From: Azolla caroliniana
Lineage: Eukaryota > Plantae > Polypodiophyta
Direction: 5' to 3'
Assembly: GCA_043228905.1 (NCBI GenBank)
Contig: JBHGNT010000007.1
Coordinates: forward strand, 12,834,001 to 12,898,000
DNA length: 64,000 nt
This document shows positions 11,700 to 23,427 of the stretch, one piece after another (positions within the stretch are counted from its first letter, which is position 1; each line of letters starts with the position of its first letter). Made by a program: the position numbers and the translations under genes. Below the pieces are notes generated by a model. It was not told the DNA's origin, searched no databases, and was given only the letters and a program-made list of their open reading frames with translations.

Positions 11700-14695
11700 T
11701 ACAACGATGAGGACTGGGTGGTTATTTATGGGTCATCGACGCCCCAATGCACCCTGATGCCCCAGTGATAGCACGCTGAATACACCCTGACACAGTATCC
11801 AACAACATGATTCGTGCAGCTCTGGACCTTGCGCGGGGTGGAGACCATGAGGTAGAAATCCCTCCCCATTCTATCATCAAGGAATATTTTGGGATGTATT
11901 TGATGTCGGGTAAAGCTTACCGCACTTACGAAGGGCCAAACAAAGCTTTTGGGGAGATCGCTCGGATTTTGATGGAATACGCCTTTGTGCATACCAATCT
12001 CACGAGTATGCCACAGAACAAAGCTGCTATCATCATCCGGGCGTATGAAGGTGACAAAATCGATTGGGGAATCATCACCGGCAAAGGAGTCCGTGCGGCG
12101 CTCGAATCTTTTCAAACCGGTAAGCATTTGTTGCCTGTGATTAATCACTTCCTCATAGTCCTCTACCCACCTCCTTCGGTTTCCCCTCGTCGCATCCTGA
12201 CCTCTCCACCACCACCAAGGAAACAACAGGAGAAAATCTTGGTGTTAACCCAGGAAGAATGGGAAGACCCCTCGCCTTCTCCACCTCCCTCAGCCGTTCG
12301 GAACCCTACTTCCGCCTCGGCACCACCCCCACCAAAAACACAGAAACAATGGGCGTTAACAATGACCCGTGTCGAATGGGACGAAGCCGAGGAGCCCATC
12401 TCCGAGGATGCCACCATATGCCAGAAAACGCCAAGGACATCAATGACCTCTCCACAACTGAGCCCACAGCCCACAAGCCAGCAGCCCTTGGCCATATGGC
12501 AACAAAAGAGGAAACAGAGGAAACAGGCCGAGGAGTCCACACCACCGGCCCCGGACGCACATGATCAGCCGCCAAAATGACGCCGCGTCATTCGCGAGTC
12601 AACCACATCAGCAATCAAAAGAGGCCAGCCCAACCTCCACGGCCATGGTACCAGCGGAGTCATGGCTCCAAGTCGGTAGGATCGAGCATGGACAAACCGC
12701 ACAGATATCAGAGGAGGAAGTCCTCAGTTACAAAGATCTCCCCGCGGAGGCATACGAGTTCAGTGCACTACTTCGACTGGGCACAACATATGAGTTAATG
12801 GATTTCCTCGTGTGCACCCAAGTAGTTGTCGCCGCTCGTATGGCCAAGGATCACGCTAAAACAAAGATGATTCAATGCGCTATAATGGGAGAAATTGAAC
12901 CTCACGAGGATCGAGCCTTACAAAAGATAGGACAGAAGAAGCAAGCACAGAATGCTTCGCTCCTCATTGAACTACCAGATCTGAACATGGCCTTAGTCGA
13001 GGCATATCGCAATCTACACCACACTACTCGAGCAGCCAAGGACATGGCCCGACGTATCAAAACGGCGCATCAACAAGCCAAACGGGCTACCGAGCTATGG
13101 CAAGCCACTAAGGAGAAACTGGCGACATTCAAGCAGCAACATCCAGAACAGCCGCCCTTAAGCCTCCCTGGGCCAAGTGACACTGTCTCACCAGCCACTC
13201 TTCCGAACCTGAGCCTGAGTGCTGCAGGTACCGAAGCACACAAAGATGACACCGCCCACCCCAGGGTAGCCACAGTCGATGCCAACACAATGACGGACTT
13301 GGTACAGACAAGCGAGCCATCGTCACGGGCAAATATCAGCCCGCACCCCCAAACCAGCCACGCCTCCACGCAAACGCCACCACCCTCGGTCATCATGGAA
13401 CGATCTACACAAACAGACAGGGAAACTTCTCCCCGAATCCAGCAAGCGGCAACCCAAACAGGGCCTCCTCTTCGGGACTACTAGGAGGAGCTTAAGGCCT
13501 AGATCACTCTGGCCAAGTTGGCAGAATAGAACCACCACAACATTCTTGGCCAGCTATGGAAACAAGTTGTGAGCCGCGAAGCTGACCTCAAGCGACTGCT
13601 TGCTGAAAGGTAGGCCGCACTTGAAGAACGAAAAAGAGAGGTGATGACCCTTCAGGTCTCTATCACTGAGGCCAAAGAACGTTTCATCAAAGAAGCAGAG
13701 TGGAATAGCCAACGGGAACAAGAGATCTTCGTAGACAACCAGGAATTACGACGTCATCAAAGGGCCTTACAAGACATGGCCAACGAACATATGCAGAAGT
13801 GGAGGATCTCGGAAGAGCAAAGGGCAGAAATTTCCGATGCGTATCACCAATTGCAAACCGAGCACATCGCCGCTAGAGAACAACATCGGGACGCTTGGCG
13901 ACAGGACATGGACGAAATTGTAGCTCAGCTCACCACACGTTATGAGCAGATAATTGCGCTCATCACCGAAAAAGCAAAAGATAATCAAGCTACTTTAGCA
14001 CTCCTCATCCACAAAAGCCAAGAAGAAGCCAAGGCTGCAAGGGAGGCAATGGAAGTTCACCACACTAGCATCGGCATGGACAATACTAAATAAAGATCCT
14101 AATAAACAAGTATCGCCAACAATTCACCACGAAGGTCAAAGAAACGCTTGACCATGTCTGGCAGGGGTGGTCAGCCCAAGCCGCGGACCTACACATACTA
14201 CGTGCGGATGCCGAGAACCGATGGAAGGAGGGCCGAGGGTTTTACAAGATGGATGACACCAGCATCCAGACCCTCCGTGAAGACTTAATTGAGGAATATC
14301 ATACCTTAGTAGCGTCCCACACCGCGGCCATCGAGCAACTTTTAGAGGAATTCAACGACGATCTAATGGTGTTTCTCTTAGAAGCCGAAGCTTACAAGGA
14401 GGAACACCTAGCTAGCGGGAGTAACAGAGCTCCCACAACCAACGAGTAAGGACCCGAGCAACCCACCACGGCAGCTAGACCGGAGGAACCTGCCCCTACA
14501 GACCTCCACATCCCACCCGAGCCACAGACTACAACAAGGACCCCGCATGAATTGGTCCCAACAGAGGAGGGCGCACACGACGACACAGCCATCCCCGACT
14601 CGGCAACAAAACCTCCATCACCAACCCCACCGTCCGAGCAGCCAGACCAATCCCATGCCCCCGAGGATATCCTCAGCATATTGGAAGAGGAATAA
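11700..14695 (+). pseudogene. Extra ORF between pol and the 3' LTR of element A (Pro-rich plus coiled-coil, function unknown)
   Basis: Chain of same-strand ORFs 11807-12580, 12561-13484, 13641-14093 and 14249-14449, broken by stops and frameshifts. Position matches the extra ORFs of OTA-clade gypsy elements. Confidence 0.7.
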
Positions 14696-14824
14696 AACAA
14701 ACCTATAAGCCCTCGTATGAACGGGCAATTTTTGTAATTTGTGTTGTTTTGCCAAATCCATGGTTACTCCACATTGTGAACCGTGGGTCCGACGGACAAA
14801 GTCCTGTCCCAAGGGCGTGCCAGG

Positions 14825-15315
14825 TGTTGTCCATAGGACAGAAATATAAATATATTATGTAAACTCGTCGTTAGGTAGAAGAGTAGGTGAGGAAATAGGT
14901 AAGACTAGAAATAGTCGTGTTTTAGCCCTCACAATCAGCCGATGGCTCGACTCTGTCTGAAGGGGAAAACTATATAACCCGAGTTATGCATACCTCAAGG
15001 GGGGATTATCTAGATCGTTCTTAGCGAGAGTAATATCACAACAGCAAGTTCTGTACGAACTGTTTCCGGTTGAGGCCAACTACTATAATCACTGTGAGCT
15101 TCATCATTTAATATAAGTTTTGTTTTTATTCTTCTATCTGTGTATTCTCCCCGTACTCGTAAATCAAGCTATGTTTATGCCTAACGGGTTGTAGCCGGGT
15201 ACGCTCCTCGTTCTCCTTTCTTCTCCCCGTGTAGAAGAGACTTCCACATAACACGATCCCTTGACACCGATAGCCTTTGGGCTCATCGAAGGTGTATTCC
15301 CAGAAACGGTTAACA
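14825..15315 (+). repeat. Probable 3' LTR of element A
   Basis: TGTT...AACA ends, TATA-like CTATATAA near 14970, follows the extra ORF. The partner LTR is outside the window, so it is unconfirmed. Confidence 0.6.
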
Positions 15316-17101
15316 TGTTGATGCAATCCATTCATATGTATTCGACATAGATGTGAATTGTTTCTCTATTGCCATCTCACCAAATGAAACTTCTTCCAAA
15401 TCCGCATGCAATGCTTGCATTTTTGTTTGCATGGAAGCTATACAACACAACAATCGCTTTTCAGTAAGTGTGGCTTTTTGTTTTGCAATCTGTTGAGTAA
15501 ACATAGATGTCCTAGTTGGGATTTCAATATGAGAGGTTCCCTCAGACTTCATAGTAATGTTGGTACTTTAGGACCCTCTATAATGTGATTATCGATGATC
15601 AGCAAAATCTTCCCAATCAACTTTAATGCCACCATGGAGTTCACATGCAAATGCACGTGCAAAGACAGATCCTACCTCATTGTTTAGGACATGTTTCATA
15701 TCATAAACTTGTCCATATCGTGACTTTAGTTCAGTGATATAATCCTTCTTCAATTGAGTGAGGTGGAAACCTCTCCTTGTCTTGGGTTGTGCTGAGCCCC
15801 AAGTTTTCATCATCCACATGTCTAGGTCTTCATAAGTGTCAGGTCGTGCATGAAGGAAATAACCCTATCCTAATTTTGTACCTTGAAGGATGTTTGTGTG
15901 AATCTTCTTGCCCTGAGTTGTTGAAAACTTCAACCTCCCTCTGGTGGGGGTTATCTTACTTTCTTTGATGGGGTCCTTTTTCTTTCCTTGCATGGTGTGT
16001 TGACATTTTCTTTGACCATTTTCTTCTTTGTGGGTGTCTTCCTTGTCATGTGAGTTTTGTCTCTCTTCTTCGCCTCACATGCACAAAAATAGTAAATAAG
16101 AGTAAATCATGCACAACAATAGTAAAAAATGGTAAAAAATAGTAAATAACAGTAAATCACAATAACATTTAACGCTAGGAAAACCACACAACGTACCCTC
16201 TTTCTATATGTCATGTACAAAATTCAAGGAGATGCCGAAAATGAAACATAATGTTAACTCCTGATACACAACATATAGATGTATCATAACCGTACTAAAT
16301 TAGGTAGCAAAACAAGAATAATAAGGATGACAAGAACAACTCGAACAACAAAAAGGACAAGAACAAGTACAAGAACAAGATCATTTAACAATAACCCTCT
16401 TTCTATATATCAACATGTACAAAATTCAAGCACCTGTAGAAAATGACATATGCATGTACAAGACTCTCAAATTCAAGAATATGCATGTACAAAGCTCTCA
16501 AATGATCACTGGAGAACAACAACGACGACAACAAAACCCTAAACGACAATAACAGATAGAATCAAACATATAGCAGAACATGTACCAAATGTCGTTATGG
16601 TTGGAAATGTCATTGTTGAAGTCTTTGAAGAGGGGACATGTTTGAAGCACAGGCTACAAGCAAACGAACACACCAGGTAGAGGGAACCAAGTAGAGGGAA
16701 CACCTGGAGGTAGAGGGAACACGACCAGCAAAGCAGAGATCAATGCAAAGGGGACACGGTGAGCAGAGAACACCTAAGATAGAGGGATGCAGATGGGTCT
16801 TGACAAGGAGAGTTTACAGAGAACGCCTGAGAGAGAGAACGTGGCCAACAGAGGGAAGGTCGATGCAATGAGGACACAATAGAACACTTGAGAGAGAACA
16901 CCTGCGAGAGAGGACGCGACGAGGACACAATTGAACACCTAAGGATGATGCAACGAGGACACAATAGAACACCCTAGGTCGATGCAGCAAGGACACAGTA
17001 GAACACCTGAGCGTATTGTTGTTGTAGAGAGGACAAGACGAGCAGGGAATGCTTGGAGTTTGCAGTGTGAGCAGAGAACGTGGAGAAACCTATGCAGAAG
17101 T

Positions 17102-17139
<38 letters not shown>

Positions 17140-17545
17140 AGGGACGAACATAGGGACTTAATGAGTAGAAGAGGGAAGGAAAGAGTGAGAGAGAGAGAGT
17201 CTAACTAACAGTTCGAGATAAACCTTTCAGCCAAGAGAGACAGAGAGACAGAGAGAGTGGGAGAGTGACAGATTGACTATCTTCATGATTGATTTGACTA
17301 CTCAACTTCTTATATAGTTAAGACCTCCTTACAACATTACCTAGGATTTTAAAGAAAGTGATGTTTTTTCATATTTGAAATCCATTTTCATTGAATGTGA
17401 CTTTTAATTTTAACACAAGTGATGATCAACTTTTTAAACCCAAATATTGAATCTATTTTTACATTTTTAAGTTTTTCCTCATAGAATTAGTACTAAACTT
17501 TTGGCCAAAAGTTTGTACACCAAAGCGTGCTCTGACCCCAATAGA
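15316..17545 (-). mobile_element. Unclassified repeat X, possibly a DNA-transposon remnant, with degenerate ORF and ~35-bp subrepeats
   Basis: 16670-17335 is repeated at 39100-39844; tandem GAACACCTGAGGTCGATGCAACGAGGACACA units; minus-strand ORF remnants at 15310-15819. Confidence 0.45.
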
Positions 17546-17549
17546 ATTG

Positions 17550-17771
17550 GTTGCAAGTCGAAAAACGACAATGGTTTCTCCCTTGTGCAAATTGCCGCCT
17601 GAATCGGCCCATACCTCTGTGCTCGACCACTGAGGCAAATCTAAACCATTTCATCCTCATCCACCGTCACATTTATGTATCCCAAGGCGTCACATATTTC
17701 CTTGATTTTGGTGGTGTAGTGGTCACTGTCATATCCCTTTCTCGAATATTGTTGAGCTCTTGACGGAGTTG
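17550..17771 (-). pseudogene. Ty1/copia gag fragment, target of element E
   Basis: Minus-strand QLRQELNNIRERDM; duplicated at 39845-39970. Confidence 0.8.
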
Positions 17772-18098
17772 TGTTGAGCAAGCAAGCTCAACCGGATCCG
17801 GATCGGCTGAATAAGCCAGAGCCGGATCGGTATCTGGATCAGTGTCCGGTATCATCCGGAACTTAGAGCAGGATTGGAGACCCAAATCGGATTGAAACCA
17901 GTAGGCCATTAGAGGGCTATGGATCCAGCCTAGTACGTAGGCGTATTTTTGGGAGCCAGTGATAGTCGCTCATGTGAGCATTGAAGTACATGTCAGTACT
18001 TCTGTCAGTCCTTCATGGACTTGTATAAAAGTGCTCTCTGAGCACATTCTGTGTATAGAATATTGACAATATTATTTTGAATAGAGTTTTATGTTCTG

Positions 18099-18143
<45 letters not shown>

Positions 18144-18249
18144 GTGCATGCTTATTCTCTATGTTAAGCTTCCATTAAACCTTCTTCTCTTTACTGTTAC
18201 TATCCGGCAGAGATGGTTTGGCATAAGCTTCCGCACGCTAACTTTCACA
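17772..18249 (+). repeat. 5' LTR of copia E
   Basis: TGTTGAG...TTCACA, TATAAAA, (CT)n, followed by the iMet PBS; homologous to 36537-36967 and 39971-40376. Confidence 0.92.
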
Positions 18250-18345
18250 TGGTATCAGAGCGTGAGGGTTGAGAACCTCTATAGCGGACGAGTGACTAGT
18301 GAAGACAAACCCTAACACCCGGTGAAGAATAGAAGAGAACCTAAG

Positions 18346-20796
18346 ATGGACAAAGGAATGACAAGGTCACTTCCAATCATATAAAATGCACAAGTACCTG
18401 CTGGGGCATGGATATTGGAGCTATGTGGAAGGAACCAACAAGGTAGTGCTAGATCCGAGACACGAAGACTTCCCGGCTTGGGAGCAAGGAGTGAGCCGAG
18501 TATTGTACTGCCTCGCGTCCTGTGCACACGATCAGATGCTCGGCTACATCAAGGATGCAAAAACGCCAAAGGAGGCTTGGGAAAATCTTTGGAAGATTTT
18601 CGACGTGAGTACCACAACATGTAAGTTGCTACTCCGACAGGAGCTGAACAACATCCGACAAAGAGATATGTCGGTTACGTACTACACCACTAAGATAAAG
18701 GAGATTTATGATGTGCTTGGGTCCATCAATGTGACGGTGGACGAAAACGAGATGGTCTAGATCTGTCTCAATGGTCTAGCACAATGGTACGGGTCAAATC
18801 CGGATGGTAATTTGCACCCGGGAGAAACCACCGTCCTTCTTCGATTTACAATCAATGTTGATGGTCGAAGAATTCCACGCAAGTGGGTCGAGGATCACTC
18901 AATCAAATAGACGGATGTTGCACATGGAAGCGGATCGACCCCGTGGGCGTGGAGGACGAGGTGGGTCGGCACGCAATGGAGGCGGCCGGGAAGAGTAGAA
19001 CCGAAGGCACAGAGACTGTGCTGACAATAGTTTCGGACCCTCCACAAGTAGGGGGAGTCATGCCAATGTCGGAAACCGGCAAGGAAAGGCCGACACAGAA
19101 TGCTAGTACTGTGGCAAGAAAGGTCACAGCGAAAGCGAGTGCTAGAAAAAGCGCGCCGATTCGGAAAAATCCGGATCTGGCAAAGTCGGTCGGGAAAACC
19201 AGCAAAGCTCGCACTACGTGGAAGGATCAGAAGGATCCGGAACCGGGAAGATCGGAAAAGGGCCAGTTTTTGTGATGAAGCACAAGGCGAACTCGATGAA
19301 GAAGACCACTTCTAGATTAGAGGAAGTATGGTACATTGATTCTGGAGCGTCCAACCACATGACAAGCCATGAAGAGTGGTTCTCTTTCTTGGAGAAGCCT
19401 GAACAACCGGGGATTATCAAAATTGGAGACGACACCCCTCATCCGATTGTGCATGTCGGACAAAAGGGAAAGCTGATGAACCTACTACACGTTCCGACTA
19501 TCACAAAGAACCTGGTATCGGTTGGACAAATCGTCGACCAGGGAATGCAGGTGCGGTTTACACACCTCGGGTGCTTCATCGAGGAAGAAAGTCGGATAAT
19601 TGCGCAAGGGCGTAGGAAGGGAGGATGTTCATCCTCAACAAAAATGACGACGACACCCCCATGTTTGCCAAAGGACAGAAGATTGAATCGGACATCGATC
19701 TCTGGCATAAGCGTATCAGCCACGTCAACTACCGGAGGCTTCAAGATCTGCAATTGAAACAAGTTGTGTTCGGATTGCCGAAGTTTAGTGGCCAGAAGGC
19801 CCAAATATGTGAAGCTTGCCAACTCGAGAAGCCACACCGGCTTCCATTCCCCACCGAATGAAACTAGAGCCGTAACAAGCTCGATCTAATCCATTTGGAT
19901 GTATGGGGAGTGGCACAAAACGTTAGTCTTGGCGGGAGTCGGTATTTTGTCTCCTTCATCGACAACTACTGCCGGCACATGTGGATCTATCTCATCGAGA
20001 AGAAAAGCGAAGTCATCGACTGTTCCAGAACCTTCAAAGTTTAGTCGAAAGGGGAATGGAGAGGATCAAGTGCCTACGGTCGGATGGTGGAAAAGAATAC
20101 TTTTCCAGCCAATTCAACATTGATCTGCAGCAGAACGAAATTCGGAGAGAATTCAGTTGCAGATACACACCGGAGCAAAATGGTATGGCCAAAAGGAAAA
20201 ACCGGTCGATTGTCGACGTGGCAAGGGCAATGCTGGAGGGTAAGAGCATGCCCCAATTCTATTGGGCTGAGGCAGTTCGGACGGCCGTCTACATCCAAAA
20301 CCAGATCGGACACAAGGTGTCAACACATGAGCTATATTTCGGGCAGAAGCCAAATTTGAGGCACCTTCGGATATTCGGTAGCATAGCATATATGCATGTA
20401 CTAGATGAGAAGTGGAAGAAGCTAGATCCGAAGTCGGAGAAGTGCATCCTAGTCGGTTACTCGCATAAGCAAAAGGGGTATAAGTGCTATAACCCCCCAG
20501 ACTAAACAGGTACGAGTAAGTCGAGATGTTGAGTTTGATGAGTCGGCATCATGGGACACCCTACCGACTCCAACTCCCGATGAAGACCCGATTCTGGAAG
20601 ATGAGGCTAGTGAGCCCGAGGAGGTTCAGGAAGAAGATGAAGACTTCGGCACTCTAGAAGAGAGTCCGATCTCATTCTGGGTAAGTGGACCGAATGAGCG
20701 GTTGAGTCGGGATGACTAGTCGGATGAAGAACCGGCGAGTAGTGGAGACTTTGTCGTGCTCGCCCCACGCAAGGAACCGAGGAGATGGTTCACGCG
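18346..20796 (+). pseudogene. Copia E gag-protease-integrase, degenerate
   Basis: YLLGHGYWSYVEG, WYIDSGASNHM, LRSDGGKEY, YTPEQNG, KCILVGYS. Confidence 0.92.
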
Positions 20797-22556
20797 TGTT
20801 GAGAGACAAGCTCAACATTCGGTGCGAAGTACGCAACGTAACCCAGTGTGTAGACTGGGTGCGTGAAAAGGTACGCAACACAGGGCCACATCGGTGTGAA
20901 AACCGAAGAGGTCGTTAGAGCGTTATTCCTCGTAAGGAATAATTTTGGGAGTGAGTGTCACGGCTCATTTATGAGTGTCAAGTATTGTTAGTACTTGTTT
21001 CAGCCCGATTGTCAAGGCTTGTATATAAGGTGCTCACTGAGCATGAAGTATGTACACAGAATAGAGAGTCATTATTTTTGAATCTGAGTTTTCTATTGTC
21101 TGCTCTCGCTCTCTCCATCTCCATCTCCATCTCTGCGTTTTTTGAGTTTACCGAACTGTGTACTCTGCGTTTACGCACACGCTTTCACACAACGTATTCT
21201 TTTACATGGTATCAGAGCGTGAGGGTTGAAGTCCTCTGCAGCCAACATCAAAAGTTTGTGACAAAACAGAGTTGAAGTTGTTCGCTTTCGAAGAAGAAAA
21301 AGATAGTACTATGGATAGAGGAATGGGAAGCTCACTTCCGACTGAAAAGCTTGACAAAAGCAACTACGCATCTTGTTCTTACAAGATGCACCAGTACCTA
21401 CTCGACCATGGCTACTGGAGTTATGTCGAAGGAGCAAACGATGTGGCACTCGACTCGACACAAAGGGACTATCCGGCTTGGGAACAAGCAGCAAGCAGAG
21501 TGTTGTACTGCTTCGCGTGCTATGTGAGCAATCAACTTTTGAGCTATATTCGGGATGCCAAGACACCGAAGGACGCGTGGGCGAATCTCAAAAGGATTTT
21601 TGCCGCTAGCACAACGGCCAGGAAGCTGCAGCTCAAATAGGAGCTCAGTAATGTACGACAAAGAGATATGTTGGTGGCTGACTACACCACCAAGATCAAA
21701 GAAATCTGCGACTCTCTCGCCTCCGTCAACGTGAACGTCAAGGAAGATGAAATGGTGCAGGTTTGTCTTTGTGGCTTGGCATCAAAGTTCGAACCTTTCC
21801 GAACGGCAGTCTACATGAGGGAGATTACGCCTTCGTTTTTCGAGGTTCAGTCAATGTTGCTCGTAGAAAAAAACCACGCAGGTGCATCGACGAGTGCGCA
21901 CGCCGATGGCAAGATGCTTTACACGGAGGATGATAGGCCCTATGGTCGTGGTGGACGAGGTGGATTGGAGCACAATGGAGGCGGCCGAAAAGAGCAGAAT
22001 GTACGACATAATAGAGATGTCAGAAGCAATTCCGAACCCTCCGCAAGCAGGGGGAGTCATGGCGCCGCTGGGAGACGGCAAGAGAAGACCGCGCCGGATT
22101 GCTGGTACTGTGGCAAGAAAGGCCACAAGGAGAGCGAGTGTTGGAAAAAGTGAGCTGATTCAGACAAAGCCGGATCGAGCCGAAGAGACGCAAAGAGGCA
22201 TTAGAGATCGCACTACGTTGTCGTAGTGTAATTCGCTCACTACGTGAAAAATTACATTTTTGGTTTCTCCGGATAGGATATGGAGTACCTAGTAAGAACC
22301 GGAAGGAAGAACCAGTGAGGACCGAAACCGATAAGGAGACCCGGCAAGAGCCGGATGAAGAAGGCCAGTGAGAGTCGGTGAGAAACGGATGAAGAGGACC
22401 AGTAAGGAGAATCCAGTAAGAACCGGATAAAGAAAACTAGCGAGAACCGGATGAAGCAGAACTGGCAAGAGCCAGATGAAGAAGGCCGGTGAGAGTTTCT
22501 CACCAGATGAAGAGACATATTTTCAAATAGAAGAAAGTATAAAATTATATATTACA

Positions 22557-22623
22557 TGCATAGGGCAAGATTCGAACCTTGCACCTCCATGTTAATAATG
22601 TCAAGCCTTATCATTATACTAGC
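22557..22623 (-). promoter_or_regulatory. tRNA-like Pol III A/B-box unit inside LTR G
   Basis: Minus strand TAGTATAATGATAAG (A box) ... GGTTCGAATC (B box), then TTTT; homologous to 47223-47290. Confidence 0.65.
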
Positions 22624-22871
22624 GTATTATGAATTTTAAAGTTATACTAAACTTTATCCCATGTAAATATTCTAGACATGCATGGTACAAAAAGTTATTC
22701 ATGCATAGACACTCGAGTTAAAAAGAAAAGATGAGATAGAAAGTTAATCATGCACATGCAGTGTGCATGAAAACTAAAGATAGGAAAAGCATGATGCTTG
22801 CATGTGATAAACTTAGACTCTTCCAACACTATATAAGGAAGAGAGAAAGATGTATAGAGGTTGTTGATTAT

Positions 22872-23378
22872 TGTTACCTCGTACGAGATGTACGGAGAGT
22901 CAAGTGTGATGAGCGAGGGTCGAATGTTATCATAATGTTGTGTATGTGTAGGGGGCATAAATGTAATTGTGAGTCAATACATATGTGAACACATGCACAC
23001 GTGTGTGCATGTGGATGGATACGAGGAGGTATGAGTGAGTGTCCAGTATGAATGCTCTAGGGGGCTTACACCCCTTTGTATCTACCCCCTCTTGTACTAT
23101 TTAACCCCCTTATGGGGAATGAATGAAAAATGAATCATTTCTCTCTATCTATCTCTCTTTTCATCTCTCTCTCTCTCTCTTCCCTCCCCTTAACGTTGAA
23201 CCCCCTTGGGAGGGGGGTGGAGCCATTCTAGGCACCACCCCCCACCCCGCAATGCTTCTCAATGCACATGATCTCTCTCGCCATCAATCCCACACTCTCC
23301 ATCATCATCATAACCACCATGTATATCTTTATCATGATTATCATCGTCCTTAACCCTAGCCCTAAAACATACAACACA
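22872..23378 (+). repeat. 5' LTR of gypsy element C
   Basis: Starts TGTT exactly where LTR G is interrupted; ends in CA just before PBS TGGCGACCACGA (23383-23394, tRNA-Arg-like). Confidence 0.8.
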
Positions 23379-23427
23379 GTTTTGGCGACCACGATTCCTG
23401 CTTTCTCGCAGCGAACGACGGTAATGG

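Noticed and set aside
16850-17010. CRISPR-like array
   Set aside because: Degenerate tandem units with no unique spacers, eukaryotic context, and no cas genes.
23350-23367. Telomeric repeat (TAACCCTAGCCCTAAA)
   Set aside because: Only about two degenerate units inside an LTR; telo-box-like, not a telomere.
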